This document shows positions 46,133-55,419 of a stretch of 64,000 nt of DNA, piece by piece; within the stretch, counting starts at the first letter, position 1; the number at the start of each line of letters is the position of its first letter. The stretch comes from a virus (lineage: Duplodnaviria > Caudoviricetes), in IMG/VR virus record IMGVR_UViG_3300031965_000021, positions 3,175 to 67,174 of that record; one strand, written 5' to 3'. The translations under genes were made by a program, and so were the position numbers. The notes below the pieces were generated by a model, which worked only from the letters and a program-made list of their open reading frames with translations, had not been told where the DNA came from and searched no databases.

Positions 46133-46258
46133 GATGAGAGGCAGGATTCGAACCTGCATGTAAGGGCTACTACTGATCCGGATTTACGGCAATTCGCTCC
46201 ACTTACAGGGTTGGCTATTTCACCAGCACCTTACGTCTACCAATTTCGCCACTCTCAC
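46133..46258 (-). ncRNA. tRNA-like RNA B: same scaffold as RNA A with 63-nt insert in anticodon arm (126 nt)
   Basis: Acceptor GTGAGAG/CTCTCAT; D arm GCG-AAATTGGTAGA-CGT; AAGG/CCTT stem; T arm GCAGG-TTCGAAT-CCTGC; in tandem with the tRNA. Confidence 0.75.
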
Positions 46259-46263
46259 CAAAC

Positions 46264-47196
46264 TTACTCTCCGGCCTCCAAAGCCTCGTAGCAAGCCAAT
46301 GTTAAACCGGCTCGGCCGCTATCATAAAACGGTTCACGGAAAGAATCCAAAACCAGATATGCTTGAGGATCACCATCATTCAATAAAACAGTTGAGGCCC
46401 ACCCCAAAACACTTCTCCTGATCGATTCCTCCGGCTCTTTCTCCAGTCCTTTTAAAATTGAACTTACTTCTTTCCACGACTTACCAGCAATCAAAGCCCT
46501 ACACAAATCAATACTTTGACTTTCTACTTGAGCAGATTGCTTGGCGGCCCTCAGCATTTGTCTTTCCGGCAAGTCGATTATCTTTTCCAGGATAGTCAAT
46601 GCTTCTCGTGGCCGCCCCAAACTATCTTTGGCAATCTGCTCAAGCACCTCTTGAGGGATATCTTTTCCCGCTACTTTACTCAACAACTCGGTAATCTGCT
46701 TGGTTGATAGTGGCCTGACTTCGTAAGTAGAGCATCTACTTTTGATGGTGGTTAAGATATTTTGTGGATCGGTCGAGCAAATAAAAAAGTATACGTGCGA
46801 GGGTGGTTCTTCCAAGATTTTTAATAGAGCATTCTGTGGTTTGTTTTTAGGGCTGTTGCCACCTTCACCAAATAGATGAAACTCATCTAGGATCCATCCT
46901 TTATTTCCGCCATTACCCAAAAGAGATGCTGTTCTGGCTTTCCTGATAATCTCCCGAGCATCTTCCAGGGTTCTTTTGTCCGAGCAATTAATTTCCTTCA
47001 AGTCAAATCCGGTAATACCTAAATTGGCCGCGGCTATCCTTGCTAGTGTCGTTTTTCCGCAGCCAGAATCGCCCGTAAATAGATAGCTGTGTGGCCGGGA
47101 TTCTTTAGCCAGGGTATTCTTTAAAGCCTGTACTGTAGAGCGGTTACCGATAAAGTTTTCCAGTGAGTCAGGACGGTAGTCGAGATGTAATGGCAT
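46264..47196 (-). CDS. dnaX: clamp loader ATPase (DnaX gamma/tau-like)
   Basis: YRP..L....G, Walker A GDSGCGKTT, ILDEFH, LLK.LEEPP, SRC. Confidence 0.9.
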   Translation of the reverse strand: MPLHLDYRPDSLENFIGNRSTVQALKNTLAKESRPHSYLFTGDSGCGKTTLARIAAANLGITGFDLKEINCSDKRTLEDAREIIRKARTASLLGNGGNKGWILDEFHLFGEGGNSPKNKPQNALLKILEEPPSHVYFFICSTDPQNILTTIKSRCSTYEVRPLSTKQITELLSKVAGKDIPQEVLEQIAKDSLGRPREALTILEKIIDLPERQMLRAAKQSAQVESQSIDLCRALIAGKSWKEVSSILKGLEKEPEESIRRSVLGWASTVLLNDGDPQAYLVLDSFREPFYDSGRAGLTLACYEALEAGE

Positions 47197-47484
47197 TTAC
47201 TTTTCTCCAAATAATACATTTTTCAGCTCGGCAAGTTTAACCAATTCCTCTTTTAGTCTTCTGCGAAAGCAATCTTCGAGTGATTCTGCTGGCTCATCAT
47301 CTTCATCAAGTAATCTTGTTTCTTCCTCTGATGACCAAAGTTGAATATCTTGGAAAGTAACAATAAATATATTTCCATCTGTTTTTAATACCAAACAGTA
47401 TTGACCATCATCATAACCAATATTTTCTTGGATATTATCAGTAATGTTTTCTACAGCTTCCAACAAGTTTGTTATGTTTTCCAT
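47197..47484 (-). CDS. hypothetical acidic protein, 95 aa
   Basis: GGAGA RBS; first gene after the promoter motif. Confidence 0.7.
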   Translation of the reverse strand: MENITNLLEAVENITDNIQENIGYDDGQYCLVLKTDGNIFIVTFQDIQLWSSEEETRLLDEDDEPAESLEDCFRRRLKEELVKLAELKNVLFGEK

Positions 47485-47543
47485 TTTTACTTTTCTCCAG
47501 TTGTTTCTAAAATAATCGTTTAATATTTTTTATAAACTTTATA

Positions 47544-47576
47544 CTTATTATATACCCTAAAGTCAGTTTCATTAAG
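47544..47576 (-). promoter_or_regulatory. promoter (repeated motif)
   Basis: CTTAATGAAA-N14-TATAATAAG. Confidence 0.65.
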
Positions 47577-47584
47577 GCAAAATC

Positions 47585-50500
47585 TTAAAATATAAAAAAT
47601 TTCTTATACTTCCTCAAATCTTCATCAGTAGTCACATAATCAGGATCAAATGCCTTCACGCAATTCAGTATGTTCATGGTCTTTTCATCAATCCCGTTTA
47701 TCTTCTTGTTCTCATCAGGTAAAGTAAAGAAACTCTTGACACGTTTCTTTTTTTCTTTGAACTTGGCAATCTTCTCTGCTGTTACATCTCCAACCCCTTT
47801 AATGGATATAAACGGGGCAAACAGATTCTTCTTGTTGTCGCAATTCCACTTTAAAGGATGGGAGATACCAATTTTAGGCAGGTTGATCTTCAAACCTAAT
47901 CTCCTGGCCTCTCGAATATATTCGACGTTTTTATCTTTGTTACCGAGCGTCAGACAGGCCGTTATAAACTCGGCTGGGTAGTACGTCTTGCTAAACATAT
48001 CATAATACGTGATCATGGAATATGTCACAGAGTGGGATAGGTTGAATGAATACGATCCTGACTCTGACATCATGTTCCAAATCTGAATTGCTTTATCGTC
48101 TGATACAGTTTTATTATTTTTACAGCCTTGAAGAAATTCCTCTTTATATTTATCAAAAGCAGCGTGCCCCATACTCTTGCCCATAACTTTCCTGATTTTA
48201 TTACAAGTGGCCATAGGGATTCCAGCCAACTGGTTAACCACCTTCATTACCTGTTCTTGATAGACAATAACTCCAAATGTCTCTTCAGTTATCTTGTCGA
48301 AGATAGGATGAATCTTTTCAACCTTTTCCTTTCCCCTTTTCCTTTTAGAATATGATTCAGTCATTCCTGATTGCATTGGGCCGGGCCGCCATAAAGCAGT
48401 TACAGCGTAAATCATAGCAAAGTTTTCAACACCAAGCTCCATACAATAACTGGTCATTCCATGGGTGCTTATCTGGAAAGCCCCTGTGGTATGGCCTGCA
48501 GTAATCTCAGCAAATACTTTAGGGTCATCAAAAGTCAGTTTCTTGTAATCAATATCAACATTATGGTTCTGCTTGATAAGTCTTTTAGTCTCATTTAAGA
48601 TGGTCAAGGCAGATAATCCCAGCACATCTAATTTCATCAGGCCACAATACTCCGCATTACGCATATCCCAATTGGCCACAATATTTCCTGACCTAGACAC
48701 TAGATTACAGTTGTATCCTTCTCTCAGATCATTTTTAGAAATACAGATACCCGCTGCGTGCTGGCCGCAATTATGAGCGATTATCTTATTACAAACAAAA
48801 TTATGATTTTTACTTTTCATCTCTATATCGTATGTCATTTCTTTGCCGACATATTCAAAAGAAATTGTTTTTGCCCATCCAATAGTTTTTAATGGATTTA
48901 CTTTGTGTATTTCTTGATCGCTTATTTCCCAATGTATTTTATGATGACAATCGATACAAGTGGCTAATAAATTTGATTCATCATTATTATATACATCCAA
49001 ATCAATATGATGAATCTCTTTTGTCGGAGAAGAGCCACAAACTTCGCAAGTAATATTCTCTGCTCGATATTTATTCACAAGAGAATATCGACCATGTTTA
49101 AATGATCTTTTTGATATTTGTTTTTTAATTTTTTCACTTTTAGACGGATTGTTTTCTTTCATCCTGATCGAATGAACCATAATCCCTGGATGATCTTCTT
49201 TCTTTAATCCTTTATTCCATGCTACTTGCGCCCCTTTTAACCCCTTGTTCCAAGGTATACCATTAGTCGCAACGTATTCACCAATTTTTATATCTCCTGC
49301 TTTTTTCCACCCATCTTTTGTCAAGAGTTTATGATCAGCAGTCAATCTTATTTTTCTTCCTCCATTATTAGTTACAAGATCATAAACCTTTTTTATTCCA
49401 GTCTGCCAAATATCTACGATGTCGTCAAAAAATAGAATGTTTTTTGTTAAATCATACGCTCTGGCTTTACCTCTATATTTTTCTGCATATAAATGTTTTA
49501 TCTTTTTTACCCTAACTCTATCTCCATTAGGTAAAATCAAACGACAATCACCACTAATACAACCCCTGATCTGTCCTTCTATCGACTTAGCAACATCCGT
49601 AACTTCAGGATATTTTTTGCCGAATCGTTTTAACTCCGAACTTACAACGATAGATCTTTCAATTTGGCCGTTTTCCTTATCGTCAAGCATCGATTTAGCT
49701 GCAGTGTTTACTTCCACTAGGGGAACATCGAAAACTCTGCTAACGTCCCTTAAAACGCCTTTTCCTTTCATGGTCAGAAAATTAGATAAGCCGGACACAT
49801 TAAACTCGCCATATTTATCACAGAGATACTTTCTGACCTCACCTCTTTTAATATCCTCAAAATCCATATCGATGTCCGGCAAATCTTCACGCTCTTCAGA
49901 AACAAATCTAAAAAACTCTGTGCCATAAATAAGAGGGTCACAGTCAGTGATAAACAGCAAATATGCAATTAAACTTCCACCTACGCTGCCCCTTCCTGGC
50001 CCGGTCATTATCCCTTCCTTCTCACACCACTTGATCAGATCCCAGACAATTAGAAAATATCTAGTAAACTTCTTAGCGATAATCAACTTCATTTCCATAT
50101 CGATTCTCTCTCTATATGGAATAAGCTCATCAAAAGTTTTATCTTTTAACCGCAACCTCAACCCTCTGTGGATTCTGTTTTCCAGAAAGGTTATTTCGTC
50201 TTGCTCAGAGGGAAAATTTTTAATACTCGGCAAATATACCTCTTGCTTTTCTATTCTAAAATTCTCACACAGTTTGGCCACAGTTACTGTTCTTCTGATA
50301 GCTCTTTTTATTTGGTGGTCCATCAAACAACCCTGCTCCTGAAAAGCCTCAAACATCTGCTGTTCTGATTTTAAAAACAGCCCACCACAGTTAAATTTCC
50401 ATCTATCCTTATCTAGCCACTTCTTTTTGGTTTGAATCGCTAGGAGCACTTCCTGGTGCTTTGTAGCTTCTGAGGTAGGATAGTGGATATCGTTGGTAGC

Positions 50501-51073
50501 TACTATTTGAAGACCAAGTTTTTTAGAAAGAGAAATGGCTAGTTTGTTTATTTCTATTTGCTCAGGTATTTGATGTGGCATTACTTCAAGGAAAACACGA
50601 TCTTTGCCGATAACCTTAATATAATCCCTGAGCATATCCGCGCCATTATCTTTCTTGATAAAAGACATGGAGCAGGCAGAAAGGACGACAAGCCCTTCAA
50701 TGTGACTTAATAAAGTTTGATGGTCTATCCTGGGGCGATAATAAAACCCGTCTATATTGGCGATGGTCAGGAGTTTTAAAAGATTTCTCCAGCCTATTTG
50801 GTTTTCTACAAGCAGGGTAATATGATATCTGGTTTCCCCTTTATTTTTTACATAAAGGTCGTCGACCAAATACATCTCGGCGCCAATAAGCGGCTTGATT
50901 CCGGCATCGAGGCATTGCTTTTGATGTTCAATCGCTCCGTCAATATTGCTGTGATTTGATAAGCATAGCCACTCCTGACCTAGCTCTTTGGCCATAGCGG
51001 CATATTGTTTAGAGGTGCCGACTCCATCAAGAACAGAATATTCATTATGGACATGTAGATGTGCAAAGGTCAT
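47585..51073 (-). CDS. dnaE: DNA polymerase III alpha subunit (family C) containing an intein
   Basis: PHP HLHVH.EYS.LDG, GPGRGSVGGS, LPDIDMDF, K.D.LGL motifs. Confidence 0.95.
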   Translation of the reverse strand: MTFAHLHVHNEYSVLDGVGTSKQYAAMAKELGQEWLCLSNHSNIDGAIEHQKQCLDAGIKPLIGAEMYLVDDLYVKNKGETRYHITLLVENQIGWRNLLKLLTIANIDGFYYRPRIDHQTLLSHIEGLVVLSACSMSFIKKDNGADMLRDYIKVIGKDRVFLEVMPHQIPEQIEINKLAISLSKKLGLQIVATNDIHYPTSEATKHQEVLLAIQTKKKWLDKDRWKFNCGGLFLKSEQQMFEAFQEQGCLMDHQIKRAIRRTVTVAKLCENFRIEKQEVYLPSIKNFPSEQDEITFLENRIHRGLRLRLKDKTFDELIPYRERIDMEMKLIIAKKFTRYFLIVWDLIKWCEKEGIMTGPGRGSVGGSLIAYLLFITDCDPLIYGTEFFRFVSEEREDLPDIDMDFEDIKRGEVRKYLCDKYGEFNVSGLSNFLTMKGKGVLRDVSRVFDVPLVEVNTAAKSMLDDKENGQIERSIVVSSELKRFGKKYPEVTDVAKSIEGQIRGCISGDCRLILPNGDRVRVKKIKHLYAEKYRGKARAYDLTKNILFFDDIVDIWQTGIKKVYDLVTNNGGRKIRLTADHKLLTKDGWKKAGDIKIGEYVATNGIPWNKGLKGAQVAWNKGLKKEDHPGIMVHSIRMKENNPSKSEKIKKQISKRSFKHGRYSLVNKYRAENITCEVCGSSPTKEIHHIDLDVYNNDESNLLATCIDCHHKIHWEISDQEIHKVNPLKTIGWAKTISFEYVGKEMTYDIEMKSKNHNFVCNKIIAHNCGQHAAGICISKNDLREGYNCNLVSRSGNIVANWDMRNAEYCGLMKLDVLGLSALTILNETKRLIKQNHNVDIDYKKLTFDDPKVFAEITAGHTTGAFQISTHGMTSYCMELGVENFAMIYAVTALWRPGPMQSGMTESYSKRKRGKEKVEKIHPIFDKITEETFGVIVYQEQVMKVVNQLAGIPMATCNKIRKVMGKSMGHAAFDKYKEEFLQGCKNNKTVSDDKAIQIWNMMSESGSYSFNLSHSVTYSMITYYDMFSKTYYPAEFITACLTLGNKDKNVEYIREARRLGLKINLPKIGISHPLKWNCDNKKNLFAPFISIKGVGDVTAEKIAKFKEKKKRVKSFFTLPDENKKINGIDEKTMNILNCVKAFDPDYVTTDEDLRKYKKFFIF
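48770..49561 (-). mobile_element. intein (264 aa) with HNH endonuclease domain
   Basis: Begins CISGD after QIRG, ends IIAHN before C-GQHAAG; internal CEVC..HHID....N...NL...C..CH. Confidence 0.9.
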
Positions 51074-51981
51074 ATATTAATTCCTAATTTGTTTTCTGAT
51101 TCCCCAACTTTCTTGATATTCTTTTTGTAATCTTCCCATAAAACTGAATTGAAGATAGCTTTATGATTTACCCATCTGCAAAAATCCAGTTGCTCTTTTG
51201 ATGGCTTAAGTTTTCCATTTTTATCTCTATATGGTTGTGCAAATGGGTCTAAATATAATGATTTTAATAACCTTATTCTTTCAATTGCATCGGAGATATC
51301 TTTTACAAGAACATAACAAAAATACTTTCTTGGGGTGGCGTTATTCCACCTTAAAAGAGATACAGCATTTATTATATGCGGAATTTGAGATACAGTGTCA
51401 CAAGCAAGACGGATAGGATTTAGCCAATTAATCTTGCTTAATAGTTTAGCAATATTTTTATCAATTAATCTTGAATCGAGACCTTGATTAAAATCTATTT
51501 TCAATTTTAGCTTTATTATTTTTTCAATTTGAGAAATTCCAAACTCACTTGCTAAAACATTGTTATCCATTAGAATAACATTTTGATGCCTAGCAAATTC
51601 ATCTATATCAGCGTGCTTTTTAATATACCCCTCTTTCTCCGGGACAACACACCAAGAACATTTGTTCGGACAACCCCTAGTTAAAAATCCATAGCTCTGT
51701 TTACAACCATATAAAGAGTAGTCTGGACAAATATGTTCAATCTCGTCTGACAACCATTCGTTACTATTATATCCAGTCCCGCCTTTTATTGTATTTTTAG
51801 GGAGTTTATTATTCGATTTAGTCCAGGTAAAAACTTTAGATGAGAAAACCTTGTCATATTTTTCCAAAGGTGAAAACCATTGTACAATATCACCTTTGGA
51901 CTTATGAAATGCCGAAATCTTCATTAATGCTAGGTTAGGATATCCACTTTTCATTTCTGAATCAAACAAACCGATTTTCAT
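51070..51981 (-). CDS. radical SAM protein with B12-binding-like N-terminus
   Basis: TRGCPNKCSWC (CxxxCxxC); PNLALMKISA N-terminal motif. Confidence 0.8.
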   Translation of the reverse strand: MKIGLFDSEMKSGYPNLALMKISAFHKSKGDIVQWFSPLEKYDKVFSSKVFTWTKSNNKLPKNTIKGGTGYNSNEWLSDEIEHICPDYSLYGCKQSYGFLTRGCPNKCSWCVVPEKEGYIKKHADIDEFARHQNVILMDNNVLASEFGISQIEKIIKLKLKIDFNQGLDSRLIDKNIAKLLSKINWLNPIRLACDTVSQIPHIINAVSLLRWNNATPRKYFCYVLVKDISDAIERIRLLKSLYLDPFAQPYRDKNGKLKPSKEQLDFCRWVNHKAIFNSVLWEDYKKNIKKVGESENKLGINI

Positions 51982-52364
51982 TTCACCCCATGTTTTTCAA
52001 TCCAATTACTCTTAACTAAATATTCAGACAAAGCATTTTTCCCAACCCACAAAGCAGGATTTACCACATCCTCTTGTTTCATATCGAGAAGATTAAAATC
52101 AATGTCTGTCTGAACATTAACAATGGTCTTATTAATTATATTCAGCAACTCCCGGTTGGTGTTACTCTTTTTCCATACAACCGCCCTTTTGTTCTGCCAG
52201 CACATCGCTAAAAACGGTACTTTGTGGATTCTGGTAAAAGTCAGAAGTAACGGCTTAAACCTCAACACTTCCTCAAAGTATACCGTCACTTCTTCTTTTG
52301 TTTCCAGGATCAGAATAAGATCAGTATTCATTATGATGGTTCCATATCCCATCAAATCCGGCAT
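51978..52364 (-). CDS. hypothetical protein
   Basis: ATGA-coupled ORF; start uncertain. Confidence 0.6.
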   Translation of the reverse strand: MPDLMGYGTIIMNTDLILILETKEEVTVYFEEVLRFKPLLLTFTRIHKVPFLAMCWQNKRAVVWKKSNTNRELLNIINKTIVNVQTDIDFNLLDMKQEDVVNPALWVGKNALSEYLVKSNWIEKHGVK

Positions 52365-52854
52365 CTGTACTATCTAACTCTATGCCAGTAGAACCAAACC
52401 CATTGGCTCCACGCTCTGTCTCATCCAGAGAATTAACCAATTCGAATACAGGGGATTCGTGCTTTAAAATAATAATTTGAGCTATCCTGTCACCAGGCTT
52501 AAACTGAACAGGAAAATCACCAAAGTTGTGAAGATGAATTTTTATTTCACCACGATAGCCAGAATCGATAATGCCTGCGCCTACCTCAATCCCGTGTTTA
52601 AAAGATAAGCCAGAACGAGAAACTACTTTGCCGACATATCCTTTAGGGATGGCCATCGATAACCCAGTGCTGAATTGAGCTGATGTATGGCCGTAAATAA
52701 CTTTTTCTTCGTTGGTGGATATATCGTAACCTGCATCACCTTCTTTAGCAGGAACAAGTTGATACGGGCCTTTATATTTTATTTTCATTGGTTTAATAAC
52801 TGTCTTATCTTCATCAGACTCTATGTGTTTTAAATATCCTAATATGCTAGTCAT
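52321..52854 (-). CDS. dut: trimeric dUTPase
   Basis: AGYD, SRSG, G.IDSGYRGEI, RIAQ, RG..GFGSTG motifs. Confidence 0.95.
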   Translation of the reverse strand: MTSILGYLKHIESDEDKTVIKPMKIKYKGPYQLVPAKEGDAGYDISTNEEKVIYGHTSAQFSTGLSMAIPKGYVGKVVSRSGLSFKHGIEVGAGIIDSGYRGEIKIHLHNFGDFPVQFKPGDRIAQIIILKHESPVFELVNSLDETERGANGFGSTGIELDSTDAGFDGIWNHHNEY

Positions 52855-52879
52855 TTATCATTCCTTTATTTTATTTTCA

Positions 52880-53899
52880 TTATTCTACAACCTCCAAAGC
52901 CACCACATGGCGGAAAGAATCAGACTCAAACAAAATCCGGTTGTCACTCACCACCCCTTTATCAACAGTAGATAGAATCTGGATAAGGTACTGAGGATTA
53001 ATATTGAATTGGATAGCCGACCCGGAATGTTTAACCCGCATACTTTCTTCCAACCAGCCGCTATCCCCTTCCGCCCTCACTTTCAAAACTCCTTTGTCAC
53101 TGATAGAGATTTCCACCAGCTTCTCCTGATCAAAATCGGCCTCAATAAATATTCCTGCCCGATCCATCATATCTTTTATCTCAGCAGGAAAGACTAATTC
53201 CTGGCCATCAACTACAAACAGCTCGTCCAATTCGGGGAATTTGCCCGCCATGGTTCGACAAGAGAATATAGAGGTACCATCAAGATCAAAGTGGAGCCAG
53301 CCACCATTAAAGGCATAAGCAATAATCTTCCCATAACTGATAAGGGGCTTGGCTGCTTCTGCGGGAATAAGGATTGGTGGGTCGAAATAATCTTTATCAA
53401 GATCACACTGGGTGGCCCTTTCCGAATCAGTACTTTCCACGATAGCTTGGTCACAGTTGATAACAGTCAATATTTCCCGGCTCATATCCTTAGAAGTAGA
53501 GAAGACCACCGAGCGGAGAATCTTATCAAACTTTTCAGGCAGTTCAACAAATAGTTTGGGTATTTTGATTTCCTCTATCGGCATGTGAATTTCCGCTTCC
53601 AGGCGAATCCCGGCTTTGATCTTGCCGTTTTTGATTAATAACTCATTGTCGGTAAATTCCACGTCACACTCATCCCCTTTTAACTTGCCGATCAGGGCTT
53701 GTAGTTCTTTGGCACTTACTGCCCCTTTAACTTTCTTTAGCGGGAATGGAGTGCGAACGGAGATATCGTCGTTGTAGGTGAAAGCCATACCATCCTGAAA
53801 GGCAAACATATTGGATTGGTCGGTGGTTTCTTTTCCTCCGGATAAACCAGGCTTTAGAATACTGAGTACCTTCTTCAAATCTTCAATTTTCACTTTCAT
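52880..53899 (-). CDS. dnaN: DNA polymerase sliding clamp (beta/DnaN-like)
   Basis: 339 aa; STDSERA, G.FPE, FNINPQYL..IL motifs; DnaE and DnaX nearby. Confidence 0.75.
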   Translation of the reverse strand: MKVKIEDLKKVLSILKPGLSGGKETTDQSNMFAFQDGMAFTYNDDISVRTPFPLKKVKGAVSAKELQALIGKLKGDECDVEFTDNELLIKNGKIKAGIRLEAEIHMPIEEIKIPKLFVELPEKFDKILRSVVFSTSKDMSREILTVINCDQAIVESTDSERATQCDLDKDYFDPPILIPAEAAKPLISYGKIIAYAFNGGWLHFDLDGTSIFSCRTMAGKFPELDELFVVDGQELVFPAEIKDMMDRAGIFIEADFDQEKLVEISISDKGVLKVRAEGDSGWLEESMRVKHSGSAIQFNINPQYLIQILSTVDKGVVSDNRILFESDSFRHVVALEVVE

Positions 53900-53910
53900 T
53901 TTCTCTCCGT

Positions 53911-54858
53911 TTAAATAAACTTTTTAAAATATTGGATAGTCATTAAAAGTCCTTCTTCGAGTTGTATTCTTGGCAGCCACCCTAATATGTCACTGGCCAA
54001 AGAAATATCCGGACATCTTTGAGTAGGGTCATCTGAAGGAAGGTTAAGGAAATTGATTACAGAACTGGATCCAGTCAGCTCAACAACTTTCAATGCCAAC
54101 TCCTCGATAGTAAATTCTACAGGATTCCCAAGATTAATTGGTCCAGTAAATGACTTGTCAGTATCATCCATCAGCCTTACAAAACCCTCAATTAAGTCAT
54201 CAACATAACAAAAAGACCTGCTCTGCAAACCATCACCATAAATAGTAATGGGCTTATCCTGAAGAGCCTGGATAATAAAATTAGAAACAACACGGCCGTC
54301 ATTAAAACTCATTCGAGGGCCATATGTATTAAATATCCTGGCCACCTTAATTTCCATATTGTGCTGCCTTTTATAATCAAAGAAAAGAGACTCAGCACAT
54401 CTCTTTCCCTCGTCGTAGCAAGACCTGATTCCGATAGGGTTAACATTCCCCCAATAATATTCTACTTGAGGGTGAATAGACGGATCACCGTAAACCTCAC
54501 TGGTGGAAGCCTGAAATATTTTAGCCTTAGTTCTTTTGGCAAGACCGAGCATATTAATAGCCCCGAGCACTGCTGTTTTAGTAGTCTGGACCGGGTCAAA
54601 TTGATAGTGAATAGGAGAAGCCGGGCACGCAAGGTTATATATCTCGTCGATTTCCACATATAGTGGAAAGGTGATATCGTGCCTTAGAACCTCAAAATAA
54701 GGATTAGGGAGCAGATGTGCAATATTTGCTTTGCCTCCAGTGAAGAAATTATCAACCGCTATAACTTCATGTCCATCATTTAAAAGTCTCTCACAGAGAT
54801 GAGAACCGAGGAAACCTGCCCCACCAGTTACTAAAACTCTTTTTCCATATGATTTCAT
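53911..54858 (-). CDS. UDP-glucuronate decarboxylase (UDP-xylose synthase, extended SDR)
   Basis: [48 protein letters not shown]. Confidence 0.9.
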   Translation of the reverse strand: MKSYGKRVLVTGGAGFLGSHLCERLLNDGHEVIAVDNFFTGGKANIAHLLPNPYFEVLRHDITFPLYVEIDEIYNLACPASPIHYQFDPVQTTKTAVLGAINMLGLAKRTKAKIFQASTSEVYGDPSIHPQVEYYWGNVNPIGIRSCYDEGKRCAESLFFDYKRQHNMEIKVARIFNTYGPRMSFNDGRVVSNFIIQALQDKPITIYGDGLQSRSFCYVDDLIEGFVRLMDDTDKSFTGPINLGNPVEFTIEELALKVVELTGSSSVINFLNLPSDDPTQRCPDISLASDILGWLPRIQLEEGLLMTIQYFKKFI

Positions 54859-54870
54859 TCTTAATTCCTT

Positions 54871-55419
54871 TTAAAAGTTAAATTCTGGCCAAGCAACTTT
54901 TATTGCCTTGACTAACTCACTCCTATAATTACAAGTCCATTCTGAACATTGATCTTCTACAGTAAATCTAGCTAGAGCAGCTTCGAGTGGATTATCATAT
55001 GAGCCAAGATAGTTTTGTTTTTTATTAATTGTTATCATAGATATAAATTTTTTACCATTTTCGCTCAATGTAACACCAGGAAAACCAGTATTATTTTTTT
55101 TATAAACCATTTGATTTTGCATATTACATGATCGTGTAGCATGTTGTAATTCAGACCACCTATTATCGTCTCTAATCCCAAATTTATGATCCATATCATA
55201 TTCAGGAAAATACCCTTCCGTATATAAACATGCTAAACGGTGAGCTAGGTACTTTTTGCTATTAATGCTAATGGCTATATATCCATTAAAATAACAACCT
55301 GCAATATCTCCAACTTTTACTCCGCCACCATTACTTACCAGCCTAGTAAATATACCAGTATTAGGATCATAATGGAGTTGCCTTTTCAACTCTGCCTGTG
55401 TAAGTCTTTCTTTCATCAT
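54871..55419 (-). CDS. HNH-AP2 homing endonuclease
   Basis: Paralogue of 39891-40463 with the same motifs. Confidence 0.85.
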   Translation of the reverse strand: MMKERLTQAELKRQLHYDPNTGIFTRLVSNGGGVKVGDIAGCYFNGYIAISINSKKYLAHRLACLYTEGYFPEYDMDHKFGIRDDNRWSELQHATRSCNMQNQMVYKKNNTGFPGVTLSENGKKFISMITINKKQNYLGSYDNPLEAALARFTVEDQCSEWTCNYRSELVKAIKVAWPEFNF

